Source: Candidatus Fimimonas gallinarum (GTDB taxonomy: Bacteria; Bacillota; Clostridia; Christensenellales; CAG-314). Taken from it: a stretch of DNA of 64,000 bases. Below, in pieces: positions 53,043-63,237 of this stretch. Within the stretch, counting starts at the first letter, position 1, and each line of letters opens with the position of its first letter. Location of the stretch: NCBI GenBank assembly GCA_018712065.1, contig DVHL01000029.1:6222-70221 (forward strand), read 5' to 3'. The notes beneath the pieces were generated by a model that did not search any database, was not told the origin of the DNA, and was given only the letters and a program-made list of their open reading frames with translations. A program made the translations under genes and the position numbers.

Positions 53043-54503
53043 TTACAACAGAAGACAGATTACCCCGCCTCTGTTTTCATTCACTATTTTGGAAACGGTA
53101 CGTGTAAGTTTTTCTTTGACTTCGGTGGGCATCGCCACGCATTTGCCTTCCAATCCGTCTTTGGCAAGTCCTGACATTGTTTTACCAAACATGTTGGTGT
53201 TCCAAATTGCCTGTGGATTTTGCTTGTATTCCGAAAGCAGATACTGACTTTGCTGTTCTGTTCCCACCATGGGACTCACTTCCGTTGCCACATCCACACG
53301 TATTATGTGGTAACTGGGTGCAGTGGCTTTAAGCCTTACGCCGTAGATACTTCCCTGTCGCACCATTTCCGGTTCGTTCAACGTCATTTTGTCCATATCG
53401 GGCATTACAATGCCGTACCCCAAACGGTCCGCCTGTTCCAAGGCGTCTTTCATTGCCTCGAAACAGCGTTTTGCATAGGCGGAGTTGGTAACGTAACTCA
53501 TAAGAGAAAACTCGTCGGCAATTTCCGTATCCGCTTCCTGAGACAGCACCTTGAAGAACAGGTCGGAATTGGGTGCAAGACGGCATGTCGCCACACCTGT
53601 TCCCATGTCCATTTTCTCCATTGTGCAATTTTCCACGTACTCGCAACCGTCAAAGCCCTGCAAAAGTTTTGTGCAGTCCTTCATTTTTTCCACGTCGGCG
53701 CTTACCTTTTTTACTCTTTCAAGAATAGTGGCAATTACTTTGTTGTCTTTGTTGAGCGCACGCATCCAGTTGGGAAGATTTACGCAAATGCGTCGGATGG
53801 GGAATTCTTTAAGAATGTTTTGCAAAACTTCTTCCAGTTGCGATGCCGTTGCTTCTGCAACATTAAGCGGCATTACACACACGCCGTACTTTTCACGCAA
53901 CGACGCACACAAACTTTGCACGCTTTCCGATTGCGGATTTTTGCAGTTTATCACCACTATGAAAGGCTTTCCTACGCTTTTAAGTTCTCTAACGGATTTC
54001 TCTTCCGCCGAAACGTAGTTACTGCGTGGAATGTCGCCTATGCTGCCGTCGGTTGATACCACCACCGCAACGGTCGAGTGTTCCGTTGCCACTTTTCTGG
54101 TGCCTGTTTCCGCCGCCTTTTCAAAGGGCATCGGTTCCGATTGCCAAGGCGTGTTCACAAGTCGCATTTTGCCGTCTTCAGTGTGTCCCTCCGCACCTTC
54201 AATCAAAAAGCCCACACAGTCGATAAGGCGCACGTTTGCCGTAGATTTGTCGTCAAAAGTGAGTTTTACCGCCGTGTTAGGCACAAATTTGGGTTGAGTG
54301 GTCATTATCGTTTTGCCATCCGCCGATTGTGGTAACTCGTCCGTGGCCCGTTTCTTGTCGTTGGCGTCGGCAATCAGCGGCAACACAAGTTTTTCCATAA
54401 ATTTAGTAACAAACGTCGATTTCCCGCTTCTGACAGGTCCAACTACCCCGATGTAGATGTCGCCGTTTGTTCTCTCAAGAATTTCCTGATAGATATCCTT
54501 CAT
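53043..54503 (-). CDS. spoIVA: Stage IV sporulation protein A
   Basis: MKDIYQEILERTNGDIYIGVVGPVRSGKSTFV... (Walker A), SpoIVA-like over the full length. Start after a GGAGGA SD sequence. Confidence 0.95.
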   Translation of the reverse strand: MKDIYQEILERTNGDIYIGVVGPVRSGKSTFVTKFMEKLVLPLIADANDKKRATDELPQSADGKTIMTTQPKFVPNTAVKLTFDDKSTANVRLIDCVGFLIEGAEGHTEDGKMRLVNTPWQSEPMPFEKAAETGTRKVATEHSTVAVVVSTDGSIGDIPRSNYVSAEEKSVRELKSVGKPFIVVINCKNPQSESVQSLCASLREKYGVCVMPLNVAEATASQLEEVLQNILKEFPIRRICVNLPNWMRALNKDNKVIATILERVKKVSADVEKMKDCTKLLQGFDGCEYVENCTMEKMDMGTGVATCRLAPNSDLFFKVLSQEADTEIADEFSLMSYVTNSAYAKRCFEAMKDALEQADRLGYGIVMPDMDKMTLNEPEMVRQGSIYGVRLKATAPSYHIIRVDVATEVSPMVGTEQQSQYLLSEYKQNPQAIWNTNMFGKTMSGLAKDGLEGKCVAMPTEVKEKLTRTVSKIVNENRGGVICLLL

Positions 54504-54532
54504 ACCGTCCTCCACACTTATGCGTTTGATAG

Positions 54533-54540
54533 ATTGTATG
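54533..54540 (-). promoter_or_regulatory. Candidate sigma-E -10 element upstream of spoIVA
   Basis: Minus strand CATACAAT matches the sigma-E -10 consensus CATACAHT, about 30 nt upstream of the start. No clear -35 element was found. Confidence 0.5.
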
Positions 54541-55094
54541 AAACGTTCTGCTGCGATAGAACATTCCAACGAGGTTTTATCCTGCAAAAGCGGCTTTGAG
54601 CAAAGCGTGTTGTCCCGCTTTTTGTAATATACCGATAAAACACACCAATTTTACTTTTTTGGATGAAAGTACTTATATTTTGTAAACAGCCTGTTTTGGA
54701 AAGCAGGTGCAAATTCCGACGTCGCATTTGATTTTGTTGACCTACGCAAAAATTTTTTCGATATTCTACTCAAAAAAAGTCCAGAGTGTTCAGACGTTGC
54801 CACTGTCTTTCACAAAGTTGTTTACCGAAAAACCGTAAAAGTTGTCTTACTTTCGATATGTTGACCTGCTCGTCTATTGCACTTTGCCTGAAACAAACAA
54901 ATTGAAAATACTATTTGTTGTTGACGACAATCAAATTCACACACACATACAACCTATTTTATTGAAAGTCAACAAAGAACACTCTTTCACAACAAAAAAA
55001 TTCCGGCAAATTGTGCAAATTGATCGGTATTTTCCATTCTATGACAAAGGGGACGAAAATTTCGTCCCCCCAAACAATTTACACACAATCTTTA

Positions 55095-56247
55095 TCACTT
55101 GTTGTTTGTGTTGCAACTGCCTTTCAGTAGTTTGTACAAAGTTTGCGAAAACCCGTATTTATCCATTAGGTTTTCTACGGATTTAGCATTTGTGCCTGCG
55201 CCTCTGTTTGTTTTCTCACATCTTAACATCACGTTTTTTGGCGAATGAGCAAAGTCCACAAATTCCAGCATATCCACACGGTAACCGCAATCTTCCAATA
55301 AAGATGCACGAATGCAATCGGTCAGCAATGCGGAAAATCTTTCTTTTGCCAAGCCGTACTTCAACAGAATGTCGAACTCTCCGCCTTTTTTAACGGTAGC
55401 ATTGACTTCATGCTGACAACAGGGTACGGAAAAAATGTATTTTGCATTCTTTTGAATGGCGTAGTACAAAGCATAATCCGTTGCCGTGTCGCAAGCGTGC
55501 AGGGAAATTACCATATCGATTTTTTCCTGATATAACACATCCTTGGAAACGTCCGCAACTACAAAATGCAAATTTTCGTAGCCGTACTTTTGCGCTATTT
55601 TGTTGCAATTTTCCACTACGTCGCTTTTCAGGTCGTAGCCGATGATTTTAACTTTTATTTTTTTGACGTTGGCAAAGTAATGATACAGAAAAAACGTAAG
55701 ATAGGATTTGCCGCATCCGAAATCCAAAACAGTCAATTCCGACAGAGAACTGTCGGCAAAAACGTCGTCGACAATTTCAATAAAACGGTTTATCTGCTTG
55801 TACTTGTCGTATTTGGACTGCACCACCTTAAAATCCTTGGTAAAAATGCCCAAGTCTACAAAAGCGGGAATATTTTCCCCTTCCTTAAAGATGTAGTTTT
55901 TTTTGCCTGTCAAAGGAAAGTTGCTGTTGTGCGTTGGCTGTTTTATTGACAAGTCTTTTGCATTTTCCGTTTTTGGAAAACAGATAGGTTACTGTGCAAT
56001 CGGTGCAAAACAAAACTATCTGACGGTACAGTCCCATGACATTTTTTTGCAACCACCCTTCCGCTTTGGCAGTGGCAAAGTTTTCGTGGAAAGCCTTTGT
56101 TTCGGTGAGTTTTTCAGCCTGAAAAAGACGTCTTCCGCCACTTTCGACGGGTCTTACTGTAATCTTGCGGTATTCGCACTGCTTAACGGCGTTGCTGCAC
56201 ACCGCTTTTACCAAATTTGCCCTCAAAAAATCCGTCTGCAATGTCAT
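55095..56247 (-). pseudogene. SAM-dependent methyltransferase split by a frameshift (two overlapping ORFs, 120 aa + 285 aa)
   Basis: The N-terminal ORF (56247-55885) and the methyltransferase ORF (55952-55095, LDFGCGKSYLTFFL) overlap in different frames. Removing one A from the AAAA at 55941-55944 joins ...KRLVNK to QPTHNSNFPLTGKKNY. Confidence 0.7.
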
Positions 56248-56960
56248 TTGTCCTTCTCCGAATTTTGTTCTTCCTGCAGTCTTGCTTTTGCTTCACGCTT
56301 GTCTATTCGCAAAAGTTTTCGACGCAAACCCGTTTTAGGTTCTTTGCCTGTTACTATTCGCAAAATATTGCCTCTGTGAGCCAAAATTACCAACGCAAAC
56401 ATTACCGTTACAAACGTGCAAGCCACAACGCCGACAGATTCAGACAAAACAGCCCAGTGCCACACAATCATAAATGTTGCAAGCGTCAGCGACATTACCG
56501 ACATTCTGTCCACAACGAACACCAGCAAAAACAGGGGAAGAACGCAATACAGCGAAAGCAAAGGTTGCACTACAAAGCAAACTCCGATGCTTGTTGCAAC
56601 CCCCTTTCCTCCCCACCAGTTGTAGAAAACGGGGAAAATGTGTCCAATCACGGCAAAAAGCCCAGCCCAATAAGCAAATGTCAGTGCCACGTCCGCATCG
56701 GCAAACAAAAATCGGCAGACAAGGGAAGGAATAACACCTTTAAGAGCGTCGCACAAAAATGTGAGAGCACCCATTCTCAGCCCGAACACACGAAACATAT
56801 TTGTTGTGCCGGCATTTTTGCTGCCCAAACTTCGTATGTCCTCGTGCTTTATTGCCTTGGAAAACACCACTGCGTAATTTACGCAACCTATCAGATAGGA
56901 TATTGCGGCAACCAAAATAAGTTGCCACCAATAGTCTTGGAAAAAATGTTTAAATGTCAT
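56244..56960 (-). CDS. plsY: Glycerol-3-phosphate acyltransferase PlsY (with a K/E-rich C-terminal extension)
   Basis: GSKNAGTTN motif in a multi-TM protein, downstream of der as in many Firmicutes. Confidence 0.92.
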   Translation of the reverse strand: MTFKHFFQDYWWQLILVAAISYLIGCVNYAVVFSKAIKHEDIRSLGSKNAGTTNMFRVFGLRMGALTFLCDALKGVIPSLVCRFLFADADVALTFAYWAGLFAVIGHIFPVFYNWWGGKGVATSIGVCFVVQPLLSLYCVLPLFLLVFVVDRMSVMSLTLATFMIVWHWAVLSESVGVVACTFVTVMFALVILAHRGNILRIVTGKEPKTGLRRKLLRIDKREAKARLQEEQNSEKDK

Positions 56961-58282
56961 TCGTCGTCCTTTTCTCCGCCACGGAAGACAAGTTTTATCG
57001 GTGTTCCGTCAAGAGAGAACGCTCGGCGAATGTAATTTTCCAGGTATCTGCGGTAGGAAAAATGCACCAATGAAGCGTCGTTGGTGAAAATTACAAATGT
57101 AGGCGGTTGTGTGGACGGTTGTGTTGCGTACTTGATTTTGAGCCTCTTTCCGCTCATCGAGGGCGGTTCCACAGCACGCACGGCGTCGGTAATGACATCG
57201 TTGAGCATACCCGTGGAAACACGGAAGGTCGATTTTGCGTAAACATAGTTTACTTCTTCCATAAGTTTCGGCACACGTTGTCCCGTAAGCGCAGAAACGG
57301 TAATGTAGCGAAAATAATCCATAAAAGCAAGGTCGCTGGCAAGTTGCTTTTTGAAAGTTTCCACTGTGTGAGTATCCTTCTCGATAAGGTCCCACTTGTT
57401 TATCACCACCACCGACGGCTTGCCTTCTTCATGTATAAAGCCGGCGATTTTTACGTCCTGTTCCGAAAGTCCCTCCTTTGCATCCATAACAATAAGGCAC
57501 ACATCGGCACGCCGCACGGCATTGAGGGAACGCATTACGCTGTACTGCTCCACACTGTCATTCTCAATGGAACGTTTGCGACGCATGCCTGCCGTGTCGA
57601 TTATCACGTATTTTTGCCCGTTGTATTCGAAGGGGGTGTCGATTGCGTCCCTTGTTGTGCCCGAAATGCTGGAAACAATCGTGCGGTCGTATCCCAAAAT
57701 TTTGTTGACCAGAGAAGATTTGCCTGCATTGGGTTTTCCCACTACGGCAATTTTTATTGCCTCGGCAAAGTCTTCCGCTTCCTCCTCGTCGGGGAAGTAG
57801 GACACAACTTCATCCAGCAAATCGCCTACGCCTTGTTTTTGCTCGGCGGCAATGGGAAACACGTCGCCCAATCCCAATGCGTAAAAATCCGAAAGGTCGC
57901 AATCGGCGTAATTGTCCACCTTGTTTACCACAAGTACCACAGGTTTGTTGGTTTTTCTCAACATGGTTGCCACGTCGTAATCTTCGGATGTAAGTCCCGT
58001 TTTGTAGTCGCAAAAAAACAAAATAACATCGGCAAGGTCCAATGCGATTTTTGCCTGCTCACGAATGTGTCTGAACATTACGTCATCGCTTTTGAATTGA
58101 ATTCCGCCGGTGTCTACAAGGGTAAATTTTTTGTCCAGCCACTGCGCATCGGCATAAATTCTGTCACGTGTTACGCCCGGCATATTGGAAACTATGGAAA
58201 TTCTGCCACCGCACACTTTGTTGAAAAAGGTAGATTTGCCGACATTGGGCTTGCCAACCACTGCGACAAGAGGTTTTGTCAT
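56957..58282 (-). CDS. der: GTPase Der (EngA)
   Basis: Two G-domains (GKPNVGKSTFFN, GKPNAGKSSLVN) plus a KH-like C-terminus. Start at MTKPLVAVVG. Confidence 0.95.
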   Translation of the reverse strand: MTKPLVAVVGKPNVGKSTFFNKVCGGRISIVSNMPGVTRDRIYADAQWLDKKFTLVDTGGIQFKSDDVMFRHIREQAKIALDLADVILFFCDYKTGLTSEDYDVATMLRKTNKPVVLVVNKVDNYADCDLSDFYALGLGDVFPIAAEQKQGVGDLLDEVVSYFPDEEEAEDFAEAIKIAVVGKPNAGKSSLVNKILGYDRTIVSSISGTTRDAIDTPFEYNGQKYVIIDTAGMRRKRSIENDSVEQYSVMRSLNAVRRADVCLIVMDAKEGLSEQDVKIAGFIHEEGKPSVVVINKWDLIEKDTHTVETFKKQLASDLAFMDYFRYITVSALTGQRVPKLMEEVNYVYAKSTFRVSTGMLNDVITDAVRAVEPPSMSGKRLKIKYATQPSTQPPTFVIFTNDASLVHFSYRRYLENYIRRAFSLDGTPIKLVFRGGEKDDE

Positions 58283-58283
58283 A

Positions 58284-59582
58284 TCAATCACACTCCATAA
58301 GCGCCTGACAAAATTCATATCCGTCAGCCACTACAATAATTTTTTTGCCTGTTGTTTCTTTCAGTTGCTGCAAAGTCATTCCGTCAAGGAAAACGTCCTC
58401 TATTTCACGCAACATTACCCTTGGAAGCAACAATGTGTCCCCCACGTTTTGGGTATGTTGCAAAGTTTCGACAATGTCTGCCCCTACTACCAGCCCCGCC
58501 ACCGTTACCGTTTCACCGAAAAATTTGTTTTTGACGGTGATGACGTTGGCTTCCAGATTCGGAAACTTTTCTTTTGCTTTTTGCAAAGTTTCCTGCATAA
58601 GAGGTGTGGCGGAAACGCCGGTAACTACGGAAAAACTTCCGTGTTTTGCCGATACGGCATCACGAAACGCCAAATTGAATTGGTAACGAAAATCCGCAAT
58701 AAGACCGACGCCGTTTTCCAACTGTTCGAAATCGCCGTAATATTCAAAATCAGGCACATCCCTGTTGGCATAGAGGTACATTTCGTCGGAACAGTAAGCA
58801 AAGTGCTTGCCTGTTTTTGCAAAACAGTCTTTGTCAAATCGCTCGACAAAATCCACCGTTTCCGACGCCACCTTTTCATCGACAGGCGTGATATTGTACA
58901 GACAACTGCGATGTTTTGTAAGTCCGACAGGCACCACCGCAACATTTTTTACATAGGGGTACAAACAGAAAAGGTCTGTTAGAGTTTTTTGCAACTGCTT
59001 GCCGTCGTTGAGGTTGGGGCACATTACTATTTGAGTAAACATGTAAATGCCGTTTTCGGCAAAAGTTTTCAGAAGCGGCATTATCGGCCTTGCCTTAGGA
59101 TTGCCAAGCAAAGTTTTTCGCAACTGTTCGTCGGTGGCATGCACGGAAATGTACAAAGGCGAAAACTTCTTTTCAACGATTCTTTGCACATCTTCGTCGC
59201 TTACGTTTGTAAGCGTGACAAAGTTGCCCGACACAAAGGAAAGTCGCCAGTCGTCGTCCTTGACGTAAAGCGTTTTGCGCTGTCCTTTCGGAAGTTGATC
59301 GACAAAGCAAAATACACACTTGTTGGCGCACCAGCGTGGCTCTATGTAACATTCGTCGTAAAAATCCCACCCCATAGGCTCGCCTGCATCCTTTTTTACG
59401 TGAAAGGACACTTCCTCTCCCGAACGGTTTACGGTAACGGAAAAATTCGCCTGTGAATCGAAGTAGGCGACATCCAGCATGTCTTTCGCCTTTTCGCCGT
59501 TGAAACGCACAATGACGTCGTCTTTTTGCATCCCGACGGCCTTTGCCACGGAACCTTTTTCTACATTGGAAATTTTCAGCAT
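58284..59582 (-). CDS. DUF512 / radical-SAM-like protein with N-terminal PDZ-like domain
   Basis: CANKCVFCFVDQLPKG... followed by a DUF512-like C-terminus. Its position upstream of der is conserved. Confidence 0.85.
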   Translation of the reverse strand: MLKISNVEKGSVAKAVGMQKDDVIVRFNGEKAKDMLDVAYFDSQANFSVTVNRSGEEVSFHVKKDAGEPMGWDFYDECYIEPRWCANKCVFCFVDQLPKGQRKTLYVKDDDWRLSFVSGNFVTLTNVSDEDVQRIVEKKFSPLYISVHATDEQLRKTLLGNPKARPIMPLLKTFAENGIYMFTQIVMCPNLNDGKQLQKTLTDLFCLYPYVKNVAVVPVGLTKHRSCLYNITPVDEKVASETVDFVERFDKDCFAKTGKHFAYCSDEMYLYANRDVPDFEYYGDFEQLENGVGLIADFRYQFNLAFRDAVSAKHGSFSVVTGVSATPLMQETLQKAKEKFPNLEANVITVKNKFFGETVTVAGLVVGADIVETLQHTQNVGDTLLLPRVMLREIEDVFLDGMTLQQLKETTGKKIIVVADGYEFCQALMECD

Positions 59583-59593
59583 AGCACCTCACC

Positions 59594-59616
59594 AAAAAAG
59601 CAACCGAACAGGTTGC
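59594..59616 (-). terminator. Terminator after the pseudouridine synthase gene, abutting the SD sequence of the DUF512 gene
   Basis: Minus strand GCAACC-tgttc-GGTTGC + TTTTTT, then GGTGAGGTGCT-ATG. Confidence 0.65.
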
Positions 59617-59669
59617 CTTTGTCAAAGACTGCGGCAGAACACCAATATGCAATCAGATACTGCCCAAAG

Positions 59670-60518
59670 TTACTTTTTGTAATACTGAGTCAAATCGATG
59701 TTGAGAACAACGCTCTTTCCGTCAAGGTACTTCAAAGGACCTTGTGCAAAGTGGAATGTTACCTTCGTGCAGCACAACAACTGCGTTTTGACACGGTATT
59801 TGCGATTTATTTTGTTTATTCCGTACTTGCCGTCGCCAAGAATAGGCAAACGCACGTGCGCCAGATGAGCACGTATCTGGTGTGTACGTCCGGTAATAAG
59901 TTTTACTTCCAACAGCGAAAGTTCGCCAAGGTTTTTAAGCAATTTGTAATGCGTTTCAATAGGAACGTAACCCGTTTTTTTGACGTCGCTTATGTACACC
60001 AAACTCTTTTTGGCGTCCTTAAACAAATACGCTTTCAGTTTCGCAACGGCGGGCTTTGGATTGCCCACAACGATACAGTTGTACGTTTTGTCGATGTCCT
60101 TTTCTTTGAAAGACTCCAACAATTCCGTTTCCGCCGTTTTGTTGAGAGCAAAAACCACCAACCCCATTGTATTTCTGTCCAGACGGTGCACGGGCATTGC
60201 CGTGGCGTCCACCAGAATGTTGTTTATCCTTTCGGTGAGAGAGTCCTCGCCCTGCACTTCTATGCCGGGCATTTTGTTTACCACCAGAATGTTGTCGTCA
60301 CGGTAGACAACTTCTATGCTGTCCTTTTCTCTGTCCGCCAAATAGACGTACACTATGTCGCCTGCGTTGACGTTCATGTCTACGCCCACACGGACACCGT
60401 TTATTTTTACACTTTTTGTTTTAATTATCTTTTGAATTCTGTAATAACCCAGACCGGTATTTTCCAATATTGCGTCGGACAACAGTTGACGGGTTTTAAC
60501 TTCTATTTCTTTAAGCAT
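59670..60518 (-). CDS. RluA-family pseudouridine synthase with S4-like N-terminus
   Basis: HRLDRNTMGLVVF catalytic motif and ...GRTHQIRAHLA. Confidence 0.9.
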   Translation of the reverse strand: MLKEIEVKTRQLLSDAILENTGLGYYRIQKIIKTKSVKINGVRVGVDMNVNAGDIVYVYLADREKDSIEVVYRDDNILVVNKMPGIEVQGEDSLTERINNILVDATAMPVHRLDRNTMGLVVFALNKTAETELLESFKEKDIDKTYNCIVVGNPKPAVAKLKAYLFKDAKKSLVYISDVKKTGYVPIETHYKLLKNLGELSLLEVKLITGRTHQIRAHLAHVRLPILGDGKYGINKINRKYRVKTQLLCCTKVTFHFAQGPLKYLDGKSVVLNIDLTQYYKK

Positions 60519-60849
60519 ATATGTATTATATCAAACAATATAGGAAAATGCAAACACATTTTGCCTACACAAAGTAATTTGCGTATTCTCGAGGAAAAAC
60601 CCGAAATGTAAAAAATTTGACAAGACAAACACTGTAATTTTGCCAGAACAGAGCATGCATTAAACAAATGAGCAAACCTGCAAAAAGTCTACAACAGTTG
60701 AGGTAACAAAGCAGTTGTGCTAAATTCCCGTAATTACACCGTTTGGTCAACGGCAATTTTTACGCAACTCAATTTGTACCGACGAAAAAAAACAGTATTA
60801 AAGGACAGGAAACAGGAAAATTTATTATACAACACCCGCTTCTATACCC

Positions 60850-60891
60850 TGAATATGCTTGACGCTGGCATGAATATACTTGACGCAGGCT
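60850..60891 (+). repeat. 21-bp tandem repeat x2
   Basis: TGAATATGCTTGACGCTGGCA / TGAATATACTTGACGCAGGCT (19/21 identical). Confidence 0.75.
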
Positions 60892-60904
60892 TGTTGAAAT
60901 AATG

Positions 60905-60932
60905 TAAAAAAGCGAGGCAAAACGCCGTCGCT
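60905..60932 (-). terminator. Terminator downstream of ylmC
   Basis: Minus strand AGCGACGGCGTTTTGCCTCGCT hairpin followed by TTTTTT. Confidence 0.65.
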
Positions 60933-60945
60933 ATTAAATTTCAAT

Positions 60946-60977
60946 ACTATGTCTGTAATAATATTCTATAAAATGCC
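60946..60977 (+). repeat. Copy e of the dispersed intergenic repeat family
   Basis: ACTATGTCTGTAATAATATTCTATAAAATGCC, lying between the ylmC stop (12 nt away) and its terminator. Confidence 0.8.
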
Positions 60978-60988
60978 GAATTCAGTTG

Positions 60989-61294
60989 TTATTCGATAAA
61001 ATCGTCTTTGCAAACATCGCAATTTGTTGCTTTCTCGTTGACTCTGGTAACATTTGTAAGAGCATGCATATTGAGAGAAACAAGTATTACATCGTCGCCG
61101 ATTTTGCTTATGTTGCACCACGGCACGAATATGTCCTCGGCATTTTTGAACAGTTTTCGGATTCCGGGAACAACAACTCCCAACACATTTTTGCCGTTAC
61201 TGTCAAAAATCAAATCCACAATCTTTCCCATTTTTGCCCCGTTTTGCAGGTTGACGACTTCTTTGCAACGCAGTTCGTTGTAACTTATTTCCAT
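60989..61294 (-). CDS. ylmC: YlmC/YmxH family sporulation protein (PRC-barrel)
   Basis: MEISYNELRCKEVVNLQNGAKMGKIVDLIFD...VPWCNISKIGDDVILV. Confidence 0.85.
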   Translation of the reverse strand: MEISYNELRCKEVVNLQNGAKMGKIVDLIFDSNGKNVLGVVVPGIRKLFKNAEDIFVPWCNISKIGDDVILVSLNMHALTNVTRVNEKATNCDVCKDDFIE

Positions 61295-61381
61295 ATTGAA
61301 CCCCACACAATACTGTAGTACGTCAGTAATGCGTTTATGACGGCGGTTGGGAAATAGGGACAGGCGGAAAAGCCTTTCGTA

Positions 61382-62155
61382 TCACAAAAATTCGTTGCGC
61401 ATATGCTGAATGGCATTTTTTTCCAGACGTGAAACCTGTGCCTGACTCAATCCGATTTCCTTGGATACTTCCACCTGCGTTTTGCCTTCGAAGTAGCGTT
61501 TGAGCAAAATGTTTTTTTCCTTATCCTCCAAAGAATTGAGTGCGTCAAAAAGAGAAACGTTTTCCGCCCATATGTTTTCCGAACAACTGTTGTCGGCAAG
61601 GTGATCCTGCAAAGAAAGGGAATCTTCCTCGTCGGAGTACACCGCCTCTGCCAAAGAAACAGGGTCGCTGATAGCGTCCAGACAGTAAATTACTCTGAAA
61701 ACGGGCAAATCCAACTCGTGCGCAACTTGATCTATGGTAACTTCCGTTAGGCTTTCTTTTTCCAATCGGTCACGTGTTTGCAACGCCTTGTAGGCTACAT
61801 CTCTGACGCCACGGCTGACACGCAAGGAATTGGATTCCCGCAAAAACCTCCGTATTTCCCCTTCTATCATAGGTACGGCATAGGTGGAAAAACAAACGCC
61901 GTAATCGGGATTGAAGTTGTCCACGGCTTTTATCAGTCCTACGCAACCTATCTGAAACATATCGTCGGGATTGCCGTTACGTGAAGAGTAACGTTGCACT
62001 ATGGAAAGCACAAGACGCAGGTTAGCGTTGATAAATCTGTTTCTGGCGTCTGCGTCGCCTTTCTTGACAAGCGCAAACAATTCCGTAATTTGTTTGTTGT
62101 TGAGTTTTGGTAATGCAGATGTGTCCACACCGCAAATTTCTACCTTTTTTCGCAT
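61382..62155 (-). CDS. sigG: Sporulation sigma factor SigG
   Basis: MRKKVEICGVDTSALPKL... and FSTYAVPMIEGEIRRFLRESNSLRVSRGVRD closely parallel Bacillus SigG. Start after a GGAGG SD sequence. Confidence 0.9.
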   Translation of the reverse strand: MRKKVEICGVDTSALPKLNNKQITELFALVKKGDADARNRFINANLRLVLSIVQRYSSRNGNPDDMFQIGCVGLIKAVDNFNPDYGVCFSTYAVPMIEGEIRRFLRESNSLRVSRGVRDVAYKALQTRDRLEKESLTEVTIDQVAHELDLPVFRVIYCLDAISDPVSLAEAVYSDEEDSLSLQDHLADNSCSENIWAENVSLFDALNSLEDKEKNILLKRYFEGKTQVEVSKEIGLSQAQVSRLEKNAIQHMRNEFL

Positions 62156-62262
62156 TTTTCCTCCAGATGCCTTTACAGTAGTTTGCACTGTGTAACCGCA
62201 CTTTATACTGCCCGTTGCAACATTAAACGTCAGTGTTGCCGAAGTTTAACGGCAAAAATAAT

Positions 62263-62296
62263 GCAGAGTATCGACAATTCAATACTCTGCAAAATG
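62263..62296 (+). repeat. 9-bp inverted repeat related to the repeat family (copy i)
   Basis: GCAGAGTAT-cgacaattca-ATACTCTGC followed by AAAATG. It shares AATTCAATACT and CTGCAAAATG with the family but lacks the 13-bp core. Confidence 0.5.
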
Positions 62297-62608
62297 TACG
62301 TTGTACAACGTTCTTATGTCCATTTTTCAAAAATATGGTGTGTTTTGTAATATCAGAAAATGTATTAGAGCCTTCTTTCGGGAAAGGTGAATAAAGTTTA
62401 TTTTCACAATACCCATTAAATAATGCAACGCTTTCCCGATGTGTAGCAAGCAAAGAAAACCGTTGCCTTTTACACCGTTAATTCCATTTTCAACCAAGGC
62501 ACTTTTTGCTCGCAAAAGTTTGTTTGTGTGGCATGTTGTGCTGATTGTACGCACAGTTTACCGTAGTAATTGGTGAATTTGTGCGTGTAAGAAATTCACT
62601 TTTCCGCG

Positions 62609-63223
62609 TCAGCCCTTCTCTTTGCCCTTTTTCAATTCCTTTTGCCAGCACCAGTAGCACATGTTTTCGTAACTTTCATCTCCGCCGATAAGCACAACCG
62701 GTCCGTCGTCCACGCAGTGTCCGTCTACAAAGCGGGCATTTATGTTGGATTTACGTCCGCAACGGCACACCGATTTTATTTCCTGCAGGGAATCGGCAAG
62801 TTCCACAAGACGTTTGCTTCCTTCAAACAGTTTGCATTTGAAATCGGTGAGCAATCCGTAACAAAGCACGGGCACAAAACGTGTCAGTTGTTTCAGTTGA
62901 TCCACCTGTTTTTCCGTGCAAAACTGTGCCTCATCCACTATTATGCAATCGTAAACGCCCTCTTTGCACTGCTTTCCAAAGAGTTTTTCAAAATCATCGT
63001 CAGGGGAAACAGTTTCGCATTCGCATTCCAACCCTATACGGGAACGCACCTTTGGTTTGTCGTTTTCATCGCCACGATTGTCTACGGAAGGTTTGACAAG
63101 CAATACTTTCATTCCTTTTTGTTCGTAATTGAACTTGCACATAAGGGCTTGCGCCGACTTGCTGCTTCCCATTGTGCCGTACTTGAAGTACAAACGTGAT
63201 GCATTTTTTCTCAATTCACCCAT
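62609..63223 (-). CDS. tdk: Thymidine kinase
   Basis: P-loop GTMGSSKSA, VDEAQF and a C-terminal zinc-ribbon of cysteines. A GAGGTGA SD sequence is present. Confidence 0.93.
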   Translation of the reverse strand: MGELRKNASRLYFKYGTMGSSKSAQALMCKFNYEQKGMKVLLVKPSVDNRGDENDKPKVRSRIGLECECETVSPDDDFEKLFGKQCKEGVYDCIIVDEAQFCTEKQVDQLKQLTRFVPVLCYGLLTDFKCKLFEGSKRLVELADSLQEIKSVCRCGRKSNINARFVDGHCVDDGPVVLIGGDESYENMCYWCWQKELKKGKEKG

Positions 63224-63237
63224 TTTTCACCTCGCAC

